Below are positions 19,250-29,389 of a stretch of 64,000 nt of DNA, piece by piece; position 1 is the first letter of the stretch; every line of letters starts with the position of its first letter. Below the pieces are notes generated by a model. It searched no databases, had not been told where the DNA came from, and saw nothing but the letters and a program-made list of their open reading frames with translations. The DNA is taken from NCBI GenBank assembly GCA_963836075.1, contig CAWIIB010000001.1, forward strand, positions 1,920,001 to 1,984,000. Direction: 5' to 3'. Both the position numbers and the translations under genes were made by a program. The stretch comes from an uncultured Acidobacteriota bacterium (lineage in GTDB: Bacteria > Acidobacteriota > JAQAZP01).

Positions 19250-20962
19250 CTAGTTGATGCCGCGGCCCGCAGCGACACTGGCGCCAAAGATATAGTCCTC
19301 GTCGTAGGCCAGAAAGTCCAGGCCGCTCTGCTCCACTGTACCGTCAACGTAGTTCCAGCCGCGGATGGTTGCGGTGTACCCGGCGCCAGGTCCGGGGCCC
19401 GGAGCGGTGATGATCTCATCCACACAGTCCCCGTCAATGTCGCCACAGGCCACGACAACGCCGTAATGAAACGAATCGTAAGCAACAAAACTGCCGCCCG
19501 GAATCTGGTCAGTGGTTCCGACTCCATATGGATCGACAGAAACGGCCCAACCGCGCACATGGGCAGAGTAGCCCTGCCCGGGTCCGGGTCCGGTGATGAT
19601 TTCGTCAATCCCGTCGCCGTCGATGTCGCCGCAGGCCACGTTGACTCCGTAATTGTTGGTGCTGTAAGCCAGGACGTTCACCCCCTCCATGGCCACCACC
19701 CCGCCCCCGTCCATGTTCCAGCCACGAACGCGGGCACGATATCCCATTCCGGGGCCGGGGCCGGTGACGATCTCGTCGATGCCGTCCCCATCGATGTCGC
19801 CGCAGGCCACGTTGACGCCGTACTTGGGGAAGCCGTAAGCCATATAACTGATACCGGTGACCACCGAAGAGCCGCCGTCATAGTCAAATGTCTTGACATT
19901 GGGACCGAAGCCGAAATCCTCGCCCGGCCCCGGGCCGGTGACGATCTCGTCGATCCCGTCGCCATCGATGTCGCCCAGGGCCACCCTGGCGCCAAACCTG
20001 TTCACTCCATAGGCCAGGAAGCTCAACCCGGGCAGAGGGTTCCCCTGGTCATCGAATCCCCTGACGTGCGGCCCCAATCCCTCACCCGGTCCCGGCCCGG
20101 TGACGATGGCCAGTTGCCCGTTGCCAGTGACATCACCGACAGCCACATTGACTCCGTAACGTTCCCCGCCGTAAGCCGCAAACTCCAGCAGCGGTTCCGC
20201 CAGGCTCACCGTAGGATCGAACAGCCGCGCCAGCGGCGGGTTGTTCCGACCGGGCCCCGGTCCGGTGATGATCAGTTCCGGCATCGCGGGCGCACCGCTG
20301 ATCACTTCGATGGGGACGCTGTCACTGAAACGGCAGATGATGGTGCCAAACTCGTCCAGGGCCACCACCCGGATCTGGTAGAGACCCGGCCCCTGGAAAT
20401 TGAGTGCGGTCACGGTAGTGGTTGACGCGGGGGAGTACAGAACCCGCTTGAAACAGCGGTGCCCGGGATCCCACTCGGTTCCGTTGGGATTGGCAAAGTA
20501 CTGGTTGACCAGGCTGACCTCCAGGCCGGCGCCGGCCACTCCGCCGAATTCGCTGACATCCCAGGTGAACGGGAACACCGGTTGATCCAGACTCACCGTT
20601 GACGGCACCACCGGCGGATTGGCTTCGCTGCTCCAGGGGAGCGCCGTGCAGGAGACCGGACTGGAGTACAAGCTCCTGAGACCGGATGTATCAACCGATT
20701 GCATCTTGAAATAGTAGGTGGTCCCCACGTTGAGGTCGGTGACGGTGTGGGAAGCCGCATCGGGATTGGCAATATACACACCATAGGGATAGGTTTCGCC
20801 ATCGGTGCTGTAGCGCAAGCGGTAACCGGCAAGATCGGGGGAGCTGGGGGGAGACCAGTCCACCCGGATAGTCGCCGCCGGCGCCACGAATCCCGCGAAC
20901 AGGGACAGCGTCAATACAATCATACACACCTTGCCAAAGAACCGCCCGCCAGTGATCAGCAT
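19250..20962 (-). CDS. Secreted fibronectin-III + FG-GAP-like (GPGPG-repeat) propeller protein
   Basis: Start about 20962 (must lie downstream of the sigma-54 site); DLAGYRLRY...LNVGTTYYFKMQSVD (FN3); repeats VACGDIDGDGIDEIVTGPGPG. Confidence 0.85.
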   Translation of the reverse strand: MLITGGRFFGKVCMIVLTLSLFAGFVAPAATIRVDWSPPSSPDLAGYRLRYSTDGETYPYGVYIANPDAASHTVTDLNVGTTYYFKMQSVDTSGLRSLYSSPVSCTALPWSSEANPPVVPSTVSLDQPVFPFTWDVSEFGGVAGAGLEVSLVNQYFANPNGTEWDPGHRCFKRVLYSPASTTTVTALNFQGPGLYQIRVVALDEFGTIICRFSDSVPIEVISGAPAMPELIITGPGPGRNNPPLARLFDPTVSLAEPLLEFAAYGGERYGVNVAVGDVTGNGQLAIVTGPGPGEGLGPHVRGFDDQGNPLPGLSFLAYGVNRFGARVALGDIDGDGIDEIVTGPGPGEDFGFGPNVKTFDYDGGSSVVTGISYMAYGFPKYGVNVACGDIDGDGIDEIVTGPGPGMGYRARVRGWNMDGGGVVAMEGVNVLAYSTNNYGVNVACGDIDGDGIDEIITGPGPGQGYSAHVRGWAVSVDPYGVGTTDQIPGGSFVAYDSFHYGVVVACGDIDGDCVDEIITAPGPGPGAGYTATIRGWNYVDGTVEQSGLDFLAYDEDYIFGASVAAGRGIN

Positions 20963-21020
20963 ATCCGCCCCACCCTCCACAACAACTGCTTGTACGGTTG
21001 ATTTACCGTGCCCCAGTAAT

Positions 21021-21036
21021 AGCAATGGGCATGCCA
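21021..21036 (-). promoter_or_regulatory. Sigma-54 (-24/-12) promoter
   Basis: TGGCATGCCCATTGCT on the minus strand, near-consensus, with an AT-rich upstream region. Confidence 0.8.
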
Positions 21037-21448
21037 ACTGTCAAAAAACAGACAATCAACTTTGAACTAATTCCTATATAGCTGAAATAATGCACTTTAA
21101 TCATATTATCGTCTGGTCCTGAAAGGCGGTTCAATGGACAGGAAAGACCTGCCATTCGTCAATTTCGTGACATGGCTTACGATATCGAAAAAATGGAACC
21201 AATATTGTAATCGGCACTCAATAACAGCAACTAAATAGCCGATTAATAGAATCAACTACTTTATTTTTCCGTCCTCGATACGTCAAAAAACTGACTGGTA
21301 TTGAAGCACGGAATGGAGCGTCATGTAAACAGGTCATGTTTTTCAGTCACTTAGCAGGATTTTAGGGTAGATTTCCCGCGGGTAATACCGTATACTTAGT
21401 GATCCTGCACTGCCCGGCGCACGCCACTTCCGGATGAGGAGTATCCCG

Positions 21449-23701
21449 ATGACCGTCACCCGCTTCTTCCCGCTCGCCCTTCTCCTTGTATCCCTCTGTG
21501 CCGGCGCCGTCTTTGCCGGGGTCAGCGCTGAGGGCCTGATCACCCGTGACGAGGGGCCGCTGGTGCTCCAGTCACCGCTGGGCCGTTTTACGCTGCTGAT
21601 GGCGCCGGAAGCGTCGCAGCACGGCCTGATGCAGTCCCGTCTGGAAATCCGTGAGCAGGGTGAGGAGAGCCGGTTCATCCCCGGCGTGCGCGGGAACTGC
21701 TTCTTCATTTCCGACCTGGAGAGGATCGTCTCCATTGAAATGCCGGACACCAATGCGGTGCCGGGCCGGCTGGAACTGCTCGACTGTAACGGCCGGCGGC
21801 TGCTGGTCCGCAAGCTCTCCCCCGTCACCGACCCGTCACTCTCCTCCGACGGCTCACGGCTGGTCTACCGCAGCAACGGCGAAATACATCTCCTCGACTT
21901 GCGAACCTTCGAGGAGCGGATTTTCCCAAATCTGGCAATCTTCTGCGCCGGCCCGGACGGCCGGCTGGCCGGGGCCCCGGACGGCGGATCGGCGGAGGTG
22001 ATCATCCACACCGGCCACACCGCCCGGCACACGGTCAAGGTCGATTCGCGTCCGGTGAGGATCGCCTGGGAGCCTGATGGTTCAGTGCTCTACGTGCTCA
22101 CCGCCCGGACGCTCTACCGCCTGCCCCGGGGCGCCAGCAACGCAGCGGTGATTTTCAATGCCCCGCCGGAGAGCCGGCTGCGCGACCTGCGGGTGACGGG
22201 AAAAACGCTCCAGCTCGGGGTCCGGCACCTGACCGAGGACAGGGTATACGGGGAACTGATCACCATTGACCCGAGGGGCCGGGAGGTGGACCGGGCCCGG
22301 GGCCCGCAGCGTGAGATACCGGAGGAATTCTCCAAAGACCGGCTGAACAGGGGCATCCCCTGGCCCCTGCTGCCAAACATTCAGCAGGAGATCGGCAATA
22401 CCTATGGCGAATTCCAGTACTACGGCGGCGCCCCCTACATGCACCCCGGCATCGACGTGATGGGTTCGCCGGGACAGGCGGTCCACGCCGTCCACTCCGG
22501 CGAGGTCAAGGCGGTGCTCACCACCAGCGGCTCCTGGCACTGGCGGGTGGCGGTGAGCAACAACAGCGGCAGTGATACCAGCGAGGGATACCTCTACGCC
22601 CACCTGGACCAGTCGACCATCGCGGTGAGCGTCGGCGACACGGTGGCCCTGGGGCAGTATCTCGGCGACCTGGTGCAGTGGCCCAGCTACAACTTCACCC
22701 ACATCCACTTCGCCCGCATCGAGGATTCGGGCAGCCAGTGGTATGGCAACTGGCTCTGCACCGGCAATCCGCACCTCGAACTGGACAACCTCAGTGAAAC
22801 CATGGCCCCGGTGTTCGAACCGGCCCAGGGCAGCAGTATCTTCGCCTTCTGCGACAACGAGACCGACAACTACCAGGATCCCGCCGCGCTCAGCGGCCAG
22901 GTGGACATCATCGCCCACGTCGGTGACCGGATCGACTCCAGCTGGGTCTGCACCGTGCAGTCCATCGTCTACAGCATCTACCCGGTGGGCAACCCCAGGG
23001 CCGCGGTGATCACCGATAAACTGGCGGTGAACTTCGACATGGATCTGGACACCTACCAGAGCGGCCCGGTGGACCCGTTCCTCGTCGACCTGCTCTACAA
23101 GCAGGACGCGGTCTGCCAGACCTACGGCGACTACGACTACCGCGAGTTCTATCACATCATCACCAACAGCGACGGCGACCAGGTCTACGAGACGTCCGAC
23201 CTGCTGGAAGCCTGGGACACCACCGCGGTCTGGGACGGCGACTACGTGGTGGAGGTCACCGCCACCGACACGGCGGGCAACGCCGCCACCCAGTCGATGG
23301 TGGTCACCACGGCCAATGGCATCATCCCCACCGACACGGTGGCCGCGACCCTGACCTGCATTCCCGGCACGGGCACGGTGCCCTTCGTCACCACCATGAC
23401 CGCCACCCTGGAAAACATCTACACCGAACAGACCCGGACCCTGGCCGGGCGGCTGGCAGTGGACCTGGCCGGCGGACAGCACTTCGACGGCTGGCGGGCC
23501 GGGTATACCAACGTGGCGCCCGAAGCCAGTTTCTCCACCAACTGGAACCAGAGCATCCCGGCCCTCGCAACGCTGATCGGGGTCAACACCTTCACCCTGA
23601 CCGTGCAGGACGTGACCCCCGTCCCGTACAACCAGCCGCCGTACGCGCCGGCCGGCGACACGGCCGAGGACGCTTGCACGGTGACCGCAGCTGTCCCATA
23701 A
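21449..23701 (+). CDS. Secreted M23-family metallopeptidase-domain protein with shared C-terminal domain
   Basis: GAGGAG RBS, signal peptide; HPGID, YLYAHL, HIHF zinc-ligand motifs; ends ...YNQPPYAPAGDTAEDACTVTAAVP. Confidence 0.85.
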   Translation: MTVTRFFPLALLLVSLCAGAVFAGVSAEGLITRDEGPLVLQSPLGRFTLLMAPEASQHGLMQSRLEIREQGEESRFIPGVRGNCFFISDLERIVSIEMPDTNAVPGRLELLDCNGRRLLVRKLSPVTDPSLSSDGSRLVYRSNGEIHLLDLRTFEERIFPNLAIFCAGPDGRLAGAPDGGSAEVIIHTGHTARHTVKVDSRPVRIAWEPDGSVLYVLTARTLYRLPRGASNAAVIFNAPPESRLRDLRVTGKTLQLGVRHLTEDRVYGELITIDPRGREVDRARGPQREIPEEFSKDRLNRGIPWPLLPNIQQEIGNTYGEFQYYGGAPYMHPGIDVMGSPGQAVHAVHSGEVKAVLTTSGSWHWRVAVSNNSGSDTSEGYLYAHLDQSTIAVSVGDTVALGQYLGDLVQWPSYNFTHIHFARIEDSGSQWYGNWLCTGNPHLELDNLSETMAPVFEPAQGSSIFAFCDNETDNYQDPAALSGQVDIIAHVGDRIDSSWVCTVQSIVYSIYPVGNPRAAVITDKLAVNFDMDLDTYQSGPVDPFLVDLLYKQDAVCQTYGDYDYREFYHIITNSDGDQVYETSDLLEAWDTTAVWDGDYVVEVTATDTAGNAATQSMVVTTANGIIPTDTVAATLTCIPGTGTVPFVTTMTATLENIYTEQTRTLAGRLAVDLAGGQHFDGWRAGYTNVAPEASFSTNWNQSIPALATLIGVNTFTLTVQDVTPVPYNQPPYAPAGDTAEDACTVTAAVP

Positions 23702-23746
23702 TCTTCAGGCATCCTCAACCGTTCGGTGAGCGCTTGGAGTGAACGT

Positions 23747-24865
23747 ATGTCCGCCGCTGCCCCGTCAACACCCCGACCCTCGCTCCCCCGGCGTCTGCTG
23801 CGCTGGCTGGCCCTGGCGCTGATCTGGATCCTCGTGCCCCTGATCGCCGCCGAAATCGCGCTTCGCATACGTCACCTGCTGCAGGAAAAGCCCGAGGACT
23901 ACACCATGACCATCACCTCGGAGAGCCGGCAGCGGCGCTACCAGTACCGGCCAGGTTTTTCCGGCCTCAGTCACGGCAACCACCACATGCGCGTCAACGC
24001 CTTCGGCTTCCGGGGGCACGAGTATCCGGAAAAGAAAGGTGAGGGCACCAGACGGATACTGATCCTCGGCGACTCGGTGGCCCTGGGCCTGTTTCGCGAG
24101 GAGGAATACACCTTCCCCGCCATGCTGGAGGTCTACCTCAACCGGGCAGAGGACGGGTGGACCTACGAGGTGCTCAACGGGGCGGTGAGCGGCTACAACG
24201 CGGAGAACGAGCTGGGCACCCTGCGCCAGATGGGGCCGCGGGTCGAGCCCGACCTGGTGATCCTGCAGACCTGCATCAACGACATCGCGCCTTCCAACTA
24301 CGTCTCGGCGATCAACGGCGGCTCCTATTTCAACTACCGCGGGGACTACCTGCCCGAGGCGGGGCTGCTGCGCACCGTGGGCGAATTCATGGAGCAGCAC
24401 TCGGTGCTGGTGGCCGAGATCACGGCCAACCTCGACCGCTACCTGAAAGCGAAGGGCAAACGCGAGGACTACTACTTCTACTTCCGGTGGTTCTACCGGG
24501 AAATATTTCTCGGCGAGTTCGAGCACCCCAAGGTGGAGCGGGCCTGGGAACGCGTTCTGGAAACCACCGCAGAGATGCACCGGGAGGCCGAGCGCCAGGG
24601 GGCCCGTTTCCTCTGCCTGATCTACCTGCCCAGCCACCTGATGAAATACGAAGAGCCACCCGGCGGCTACACCTCGCGCCTGGTCCAGCTGGCCGAAACC
24701 AACGGGTATCCCTGCATCGTGATGAAGGATGAATTCCTCCAACGCTGGCAGGGCCGGAACATCTATGCCGACCGGGTACACCTCAACGGCTGGGGCCACG
24801 AACTCAGTGCCAAAATCATACGCGACCACCTGGCCGGGCACCCCGAACTGTTCACCGCTCCCTGA
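23747..24865 (+). CDS. Membrane-anchored SGNH/GDSL hydrolase-family protein
   Basis: N-terminal TM helix; LGDS, NGAVSGY, CIND, DRVH blocks. Confidence 0.88.
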   Translation: MSAAAPSTPRPSLPRRLLRWLALALIWILVPLIAAEIALRIRHLLQEKPEDYTMTITSESRQRRYQYRPGFSGLSHGNHHMRVNAFGFRGHEYPEKKGEGTRRILILGDSVALGLFREEEYTFPAMLEVYLNRAEDGWTYEVLNGAVSGYNAENELGTLRQMGPRVEPDLVILQTCINDIAPSNYVSAINGGSYFNYRGDYLPEAGLLRTVGEFMEQHSVLVAEITANLDRYLKAKGKREDYYFYFRWFYREIFLGEFEHPKVERAWERVLETTAEMHREAERQGARFLCLIYLPSHLMKYEEPPGGYTSRLVQLAETNGYPCIVMKDEFLQRWQGRNIYADRVHLNGWGHELSAKIIRDHLAGHPELFTAP

Positions 24866-24870
24866 TCCGG

Positions 24871-27273
24871 ATGTTTGTGATGAACCACGAGAGCAGCCCC
24901 GAAATCCCGGCCCTGCCGGTGGAAGCGCTTCGCGCCGAGTTCAGTGAACTGTTCCACCGCGGGCACCTGGTGATCTCCGCGCCCACCGGCAGCGGCAAGT
25001 CGACCCTGGTGCCTGTCTGGTGTCTCGAGGAGCTGGGCGACGGGGCCCGGGTGCTGGTGGTGGAACCGCGGCGCGTGGCCTGCCGGGCCCTGGCCCGCTA
25101 CGTCAGCGCCCGCTTCGAGGGCGAACCGGGCGGCACGGTGGGGTACCGGGTGCAGCACGACGACTGCTCCGGGCCGGAAACCCGGATTCTTTTTGCCACC
25201 CCCGGCGTGGCCCTCCGCCTGCTCCAGGGCCCGGGCTGCCGCCAGTGGGCCGCGGTGGTTCTGGACGAGTTCCATGAGCGGGGCCTGGAGACCGACCTGC
25301 TGCTGGCGGTCTGCCGCCACGAGGAGGTGGGCCGGATCCTGGTGATGTCGGCCACCCTGGAGAAAAAACGGCTGGTGGAGTTTCTCGGCGCCCGGCTGCT
25401 GGAGGCCTCGGGCCGGCTGCACCCGGTGGATGTGGAGTATGAATCGGAGAGCGACCTGCCCTCGGCAGACGGGCTTGAGGAGCGGGTGGCCCGGGCGGTG
25501 ACCGGGTTCGGGGACGAAGAGGGCGACCTGCTGGTCTTTCTCCCGGGAAAGGCCGAGATCGGGGCCTGCCTCAGCCGCCTCTCCGGCACCGCCGGCCTGA
25601 ACGTGCTGCCGCTCCACGGCGGGCTGCCGCCGGCCGAGCAGGACCGGGTTTTCCAGACGGTTCGCGGACGGCGGGTGATCCTCTCCACCAACGTGGCCGA
25701 AACCTCGGTGACCATCCCCGGCGTGGTGGGAGTGATCGACTCCGGGCTGGCCCGCCAGACCTACTACCGGGACGGTCGGACGGTGCTGGGCCTGCGGGTC
25801 ATCTCCCACGCGTCGGCCGAGCAGCGCCGCGGCCGCGCCGGGCGCCTCCGACCGGGCCGCTGTGTCCGGCTCTGGGGCCGGCAGGCCGTGCTCCAGTCCG
25901 ACACCCCGCCGGAGATCCTGCGCCAGGACCTCTCCCAGGCGCTGCTCACCGCGGCAGCGGCGGGCTACCGCCTGGACCGGCTGCCGATGCTCGACGCCCC
26001 GCGGCCCTTTGCCGTGGAGCAGGCCACCAGGCGCCTGGCCGCCGTGGGCGCACTGGACGGCGACGGGATCACCGCACTGGGCCGGACCATGTTCCGGCTG
26101 CCGCTGGACGCCTCCTTCTCCCGCGTGCTGCTGGAGGCCCGGCGGCGGTCGTACCCGCCCCGCGTGCTCCAGGCCCTGGTGGACCTCACCGCACTGCTCA
26201 ACCTCGACCGGCCGCTCTTTGCCCGGCCCCCTGGGGGGCCGGAGGGAGAGGAGGTGGCCGAGGACCGCCGCAAGCTGGGGGAGGCCGGCTGCGACGGAGC
26301 GCTGATGGTTCGCGCGTTCCGTTCGGGAAAGATCCGCCGCCTGGCCCTCAACCCGGCGGTGCTGTCCGAGGCCCGCAAGGTGGCCGGACAGGTGCGCGGC
26401 CTGCTGGACCTCGACCCGGTGAGCGAGGCGGAGCAGGAGAAGGTGGACAGCCGGGGCATGGCCCTGGCCTGGATGCGGGCGGTTCCGGGATCGGCCTTCG
26501 TGCCCCGGGCCCGGCGCGACGCCTGGGCCAGCGACGCCGGAGAAGAGCTGCTGCTCTCCCACTCATCGGTGCTGCGGGCCGGGGCGCCGGCGCTGGTGGC
26601 CGCCGCCCGCCGCACGGTGGTGGGCCGCGGCGGCCGCAAGACCACCTTCACCACCTGTGCCCTGCCGGCCGATCTCAAGCTGTTGCTCGAGGCCGGCCTG
26701 GGTGAGGAACGACCGGGCAGGGTCTTCATCCACCAGGGGCGGGTGATGGCCGAGGTGGAGCGGCGCTATGCCGGCGTGACGCTGGAGAGCAGCGAGAAGG
26801 AGCCGGAGGGCCGGGCGGCACGGGAAGCGGTGGCCCAGCTGATCCTGCGCAACCGGATCCTCAAGGGATCGGCCGCACCGCTGCAGGAGGAGATCGATCG
26901 CCACAACCTCCGTTGCCGCCTCGACCCGGCCCAGGGGCGGGAAGAGGTGGACCCCACCCGCTGGCTGGTGGACCGGCTGGAGGAGATCGGCCTGGAGCAC
27001 GGGTCGGACGCGGCGATCCTCTCCCCCACCGACCTCGCCTTCCCCGGCATGCCCGCCGGGGAGCAGGAGGAGTTCGACCGGCGGTTCCCTCGGCAGCTCA
27101 AACTGGGTAACCTGCAGTGCCGCGTGGAGTATGAGCCGGCGGGCCGGGTGGTAACCCTGGTCAAGGAGGCCGGCGTCTCCCCCCAGCCGCCAGACCCGCG
27201 CTACCTGCCGGCCTGGCCCGGCTGGAAGATCCGCTTCCGGGACCGGCAGCGGGTGGTGCCGGTGCGGGGATGA
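24871..27273 (+). CDS. hrpB: HrpB-like DEAH-box ATP-dependent helicase
   Basis: APTGSGKST, EPRRVA, DEFHER, MSAT, STNVAETSVTIPG, QRRGRAGR. Confidence 0.8.
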   Translation: MFVMNHESSPEIPALPVEALRAEFSELFHRGHLVISAPTGSGKSTLVPVWCLEELGDGARVLVVEPRRVACRALARYVSARFEGEPGGTVGYRVQHDDCSGPETRILFATPGVALRLLQGPGCRQWAAVVLDEFHERGLETDLLLAVCRHEEVGRILVMSATLEKKRLVEFLGARLLEASGRLHPVDVEYESESDLPSADGLEERVARAVTGFGDEEGDLLVFLPGKAEIGACLSRLSGTAGLNVLPLHGGLPPAEQDRVFQTVRGRRVILSTNVAETSVTIPGVVGVIDSGLARQTYYRDGRTVLGLRVISHASAEQRRGRAGRLRPGRCVRLWGRQAVLQSDTPPEILRQDLSQALLTAAAAGYRLDRLPMLDAPRPFAVEQATRRLAAVGALDGDGITALGRTMFRLPLDASFSRVLLEARRRSYPPRVLQALVDLTALLNLDRPLFARPPGGPEGEEVAEDRRKLGEAGCDGALMVRAFRSGKIRRLALNPAVLSEARKVAGQVRGLLDLDPVSEAEQEKVDSRGMALAWMRAVPGSAFVPRARRDAWASDAGEELLLSHSSVLRAGAPALVAAARRTVVGRGGRKTTFTTCALPADLKLLLEAGLGEERPGRVFIHQGRVMAEVERRYAGVTLESSEKEPEGRAAREAVAQLILRNRILKGSAAPLQEEIDRHNLRCRLDPAQGREEVDPTRWLVDRLEEIGLEHGSDAAILSPTDLAFPGMPAGEQEEFDRRFPRQLKLGNLQCRVEYEPAGRVVTLVKEAGVSPQPPDPRYLPAWPGWKIRFRDRQRVVPVRG

Positions 27274-29117
27274 ATACTGAACTGAAGGACCGGACAATGC
27301 CAACGTTGGAGAAGAGCGGATGGGGCGGGATCCTCGCGGTGGTCCTGGTCTACCTCGCCCTGGCCCTGAGCTGCGTCCTCCTCGTCCCGCTCTGGGAAGC
27401 GCCCGACGAACCGGCGCACTTTCTCCGCATCCGGGCCGAAGCCCGGGCCATGGGCCTGGTGCGCACAGCAGAACCGAGCCGCTGGCTCTTCCCTCCGGAC
27501 GGGCCGGCGCCGCCGGACCACCACCCGGGCCTGGCCCTCCAGCGCCGGGAGGGGTTCTGGAAGAAGGGCAATGTGGTCAGCGGGTATGAAAGACACCAGC
27601 CGCCCGGGTACTACCTGCTCACCGCCCCGCTCCTCGCCCTCTCCGCCGGGGAGGCTGATCCGCCATTCTTTTTCAACCAGCAGTACGAAACCGGGCAGGG
27701 CCAGGTTTTTTACCACGGGGCCGACAACGACCCGGCCTACCAGACCGCCCGCCGGTCAGTTCTGCTGCTGCGTCTCGTCTCGGTGCTGCTGGGCGCCTGC
27801 AGCCTGGTGCTCATCTGGCTCACTGCCGGCCGCCTGGTCCGCGGCGCCGGGCGGAGGACAGCCCTGGCCGCGGCCGCCCTGACCGCGTTTCTGCCCCAGT
27901 TCATCTTTGTCACCTCGGTGATCAACAACGACTCCCTGGCCCTGGCCCTCTCGGCGCTCTTCTTCCTTGTGCTGGTCCGCCCGGGGGCCGCCCGCCCGCT
28001 GCTCACCCCCGCCCGGGCCGTGCTGCTGGTCCTGGTGTTCGCCGCCGCCCTGCTCACCGAATTCGCCCTGGTCTTTCTCTTCCCCGCGGCCCTGGCCTAC
28101 CTCGCCGCCGCCGGCGGGGGACGAAAGCCGCTGCGGACCGCCGCGGCCGTCTCCGCCGCCGTGGTCCTGCCGGCGCTGCTCCTGCTCACCGTTCCCCAGC
28201 GCCTCACCGGCAGCGGAGCTCACTGGGACCCGGTTCGCCAGCTGGAGCGGATCAGCACGGTGGGCCACGGCCTCCTGCAGTGGGAATCCCTGCGCGAGAC
28301 CGTACGGCTCTTCTTCACCTCCGCCTGGGGGGTCTTCGGCTGGATGTCGGTATTCCCGCCGCCGCTGCTCACCGCCGCCTACATTGCCGTTTCCGTGATT
28401 ATCCTGCTGGGCCTGGTCCGGCTGCTGGGGCCGGCCGGCCGGGACGGCAGCGCACCGGTGCCGGCGCCAGGCGTGCGCGCGCTCTTCGCCACTGCTTTGA
28501 TCGGCCTTGTCTTCCTGGTGGTCAGGAATGCCCTGTTCACTTTCCAGCCCCAGGGCCGGATGTTCCTCCCGCTCCTGCCCCTGGCCGCGCCGCTGGCCGC
28601 GGCGGGCCTCCAGCGGATGAGGCCCCGGATCCCGGGCCGGCTCTGTCTGCCGGTGGTGGTCTTCATGCTCGGCGCCTCCCTCTACTGTCTGTTCGGCATG
28701 ATCCGGCCATTTTACCGGGCGGTGCGGGCGCCGGTCACATTCACCCTTCCCGCTGAATCGGCTATACTGTATGGCCTGTACGGGGCGGGGTTCGAAGTGG
28801 AGGAATACGCCGGACACTCCACCACGGCCCGGCTGGAACGGACCGGCGCTCTGCGGCTGCAGAATCCGGGCCGGCGGCAACTGGAGGCGACACTCCGTGT
28901 TTCCGTTACGGCCGAAAAACCGCCGCGGAGACTGGAGATCTGGGACCGGCAAGGGCCGGTGGGCCGCTTCTCCATGGAGGACGGCCGCCGTTTCTTCCAG
29001 CTGGACCGGCTGACCCTGCCCCCCGGCGAGACCGTCCTCTTCTTCCACCTGCCGGACGAGGGGGAGCGGGGCGGCTGCCGTGTGGGCGGATTGGCCCTCG
29101 TCTCACCCGGCCCATAG
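27270..29117 (+). CDS. GT-C-fold polytopic membrane protein (DUF2142/PMT-like glycosyltransferase)
   Basis: PDEPAH after TM1, HQPPGYY, NND, QGRMFLP; many TM helices. Confidence 0.7.
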   Translation: MNTELKDRTMPTLEKSGWGGILAVVLVYLALALSCVLLVPLWEAPDEPAHFLRIRAEARAMGLVRTAEPSRWLFPPDGPAPPDHHPGLALQRREGFWKKGNVVSGYERHQPPGYYLLTAPLLALSAGEADPPFFFNQQYETGQGQVFYHGADNDPAYQTARRSVLLLRLVSVLLGACSLVLIWLTAGRLVRGAGRRTALAAAALTAFLPQFIFVTSVINNDSLALALSALFFLVLVRPGAARPLLTPARAVLLVLVFAAALLTEFALVFLFPAALAYLAAAGGGRKPLRTAAAVSAAVVLPALLLLTVPQRLTGSGAHWDPVRQLERISTVGHGLLQWESLRETVRLFFTSAWGVFGWMSVFPPPLLTAAYIAVSVIILLGLVRLLGPAGRDGSAPVPAPGVRALFATALIGLVFLVVRNALFTFQPQGRMFLPLLPLAAPLAAAGLQRMRPRIPGRLCLPVVVFMLGASLYCLFGMIRPFYRAVRAPVTFTLPAESAILYGLYGAGFEVEEYAGHSTTARLERTGALRLQNPGRRQLEATLRVSVTAEKPPRRLEIWDRQGPVGRFSMEDGRRFFQLDRLTLPPGETVLFFHLPDEGERGGCRVGGLALVSPGP

Positions 29118-29158
29118 TACCGGCGGCAGAACGGACCGGCGCTGAAAGGACCAAGCAG

Positions 29159-29389
29159 ATGGGCAGTGATGAAAAGGACTTCGTCTTCCGCTTCAAGCTT
29201 GACCGGGAGTCGACCGGTGACGCGGTGTATGACGATCCGCTCACCGAACTGGTGCGCAGCCAGCTGGAAGCGCTGCTCGAGGTGGTGGTGCTGACCCGCG
29301 GCGGCGAGGAACTGCGCGGGGTGGACGGCTTCCGGTTCATGAAACAGATCGACCGCCCGTTTGAGATCTATCCCGAAAAACAGGATTGA
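29159..29389 (+). CDS. Small hypothetical protein coupled to the radical SAM gene
   Basis: AAGGA RBS, host-like codon use, stop overlaps the next ORF; resembles the N-terminus of the next protein. Confidence 0.65.
   Translation: MGSDEKDFVFRFKLDRESTGDAVYDDPLTELVRSQLEALLEVVVLTRGGEELRGVDGFRFMKQIDRPFEIYPEKQD

Noticed and set aside
21341-21358. TCACTTAGCAGG upstream of the M23 gene as a sixth copy of the array box
   Set aside because: Only 8 bp match, the spacing to the candidate promoter is different, and it fits an IHF-like site equally well.
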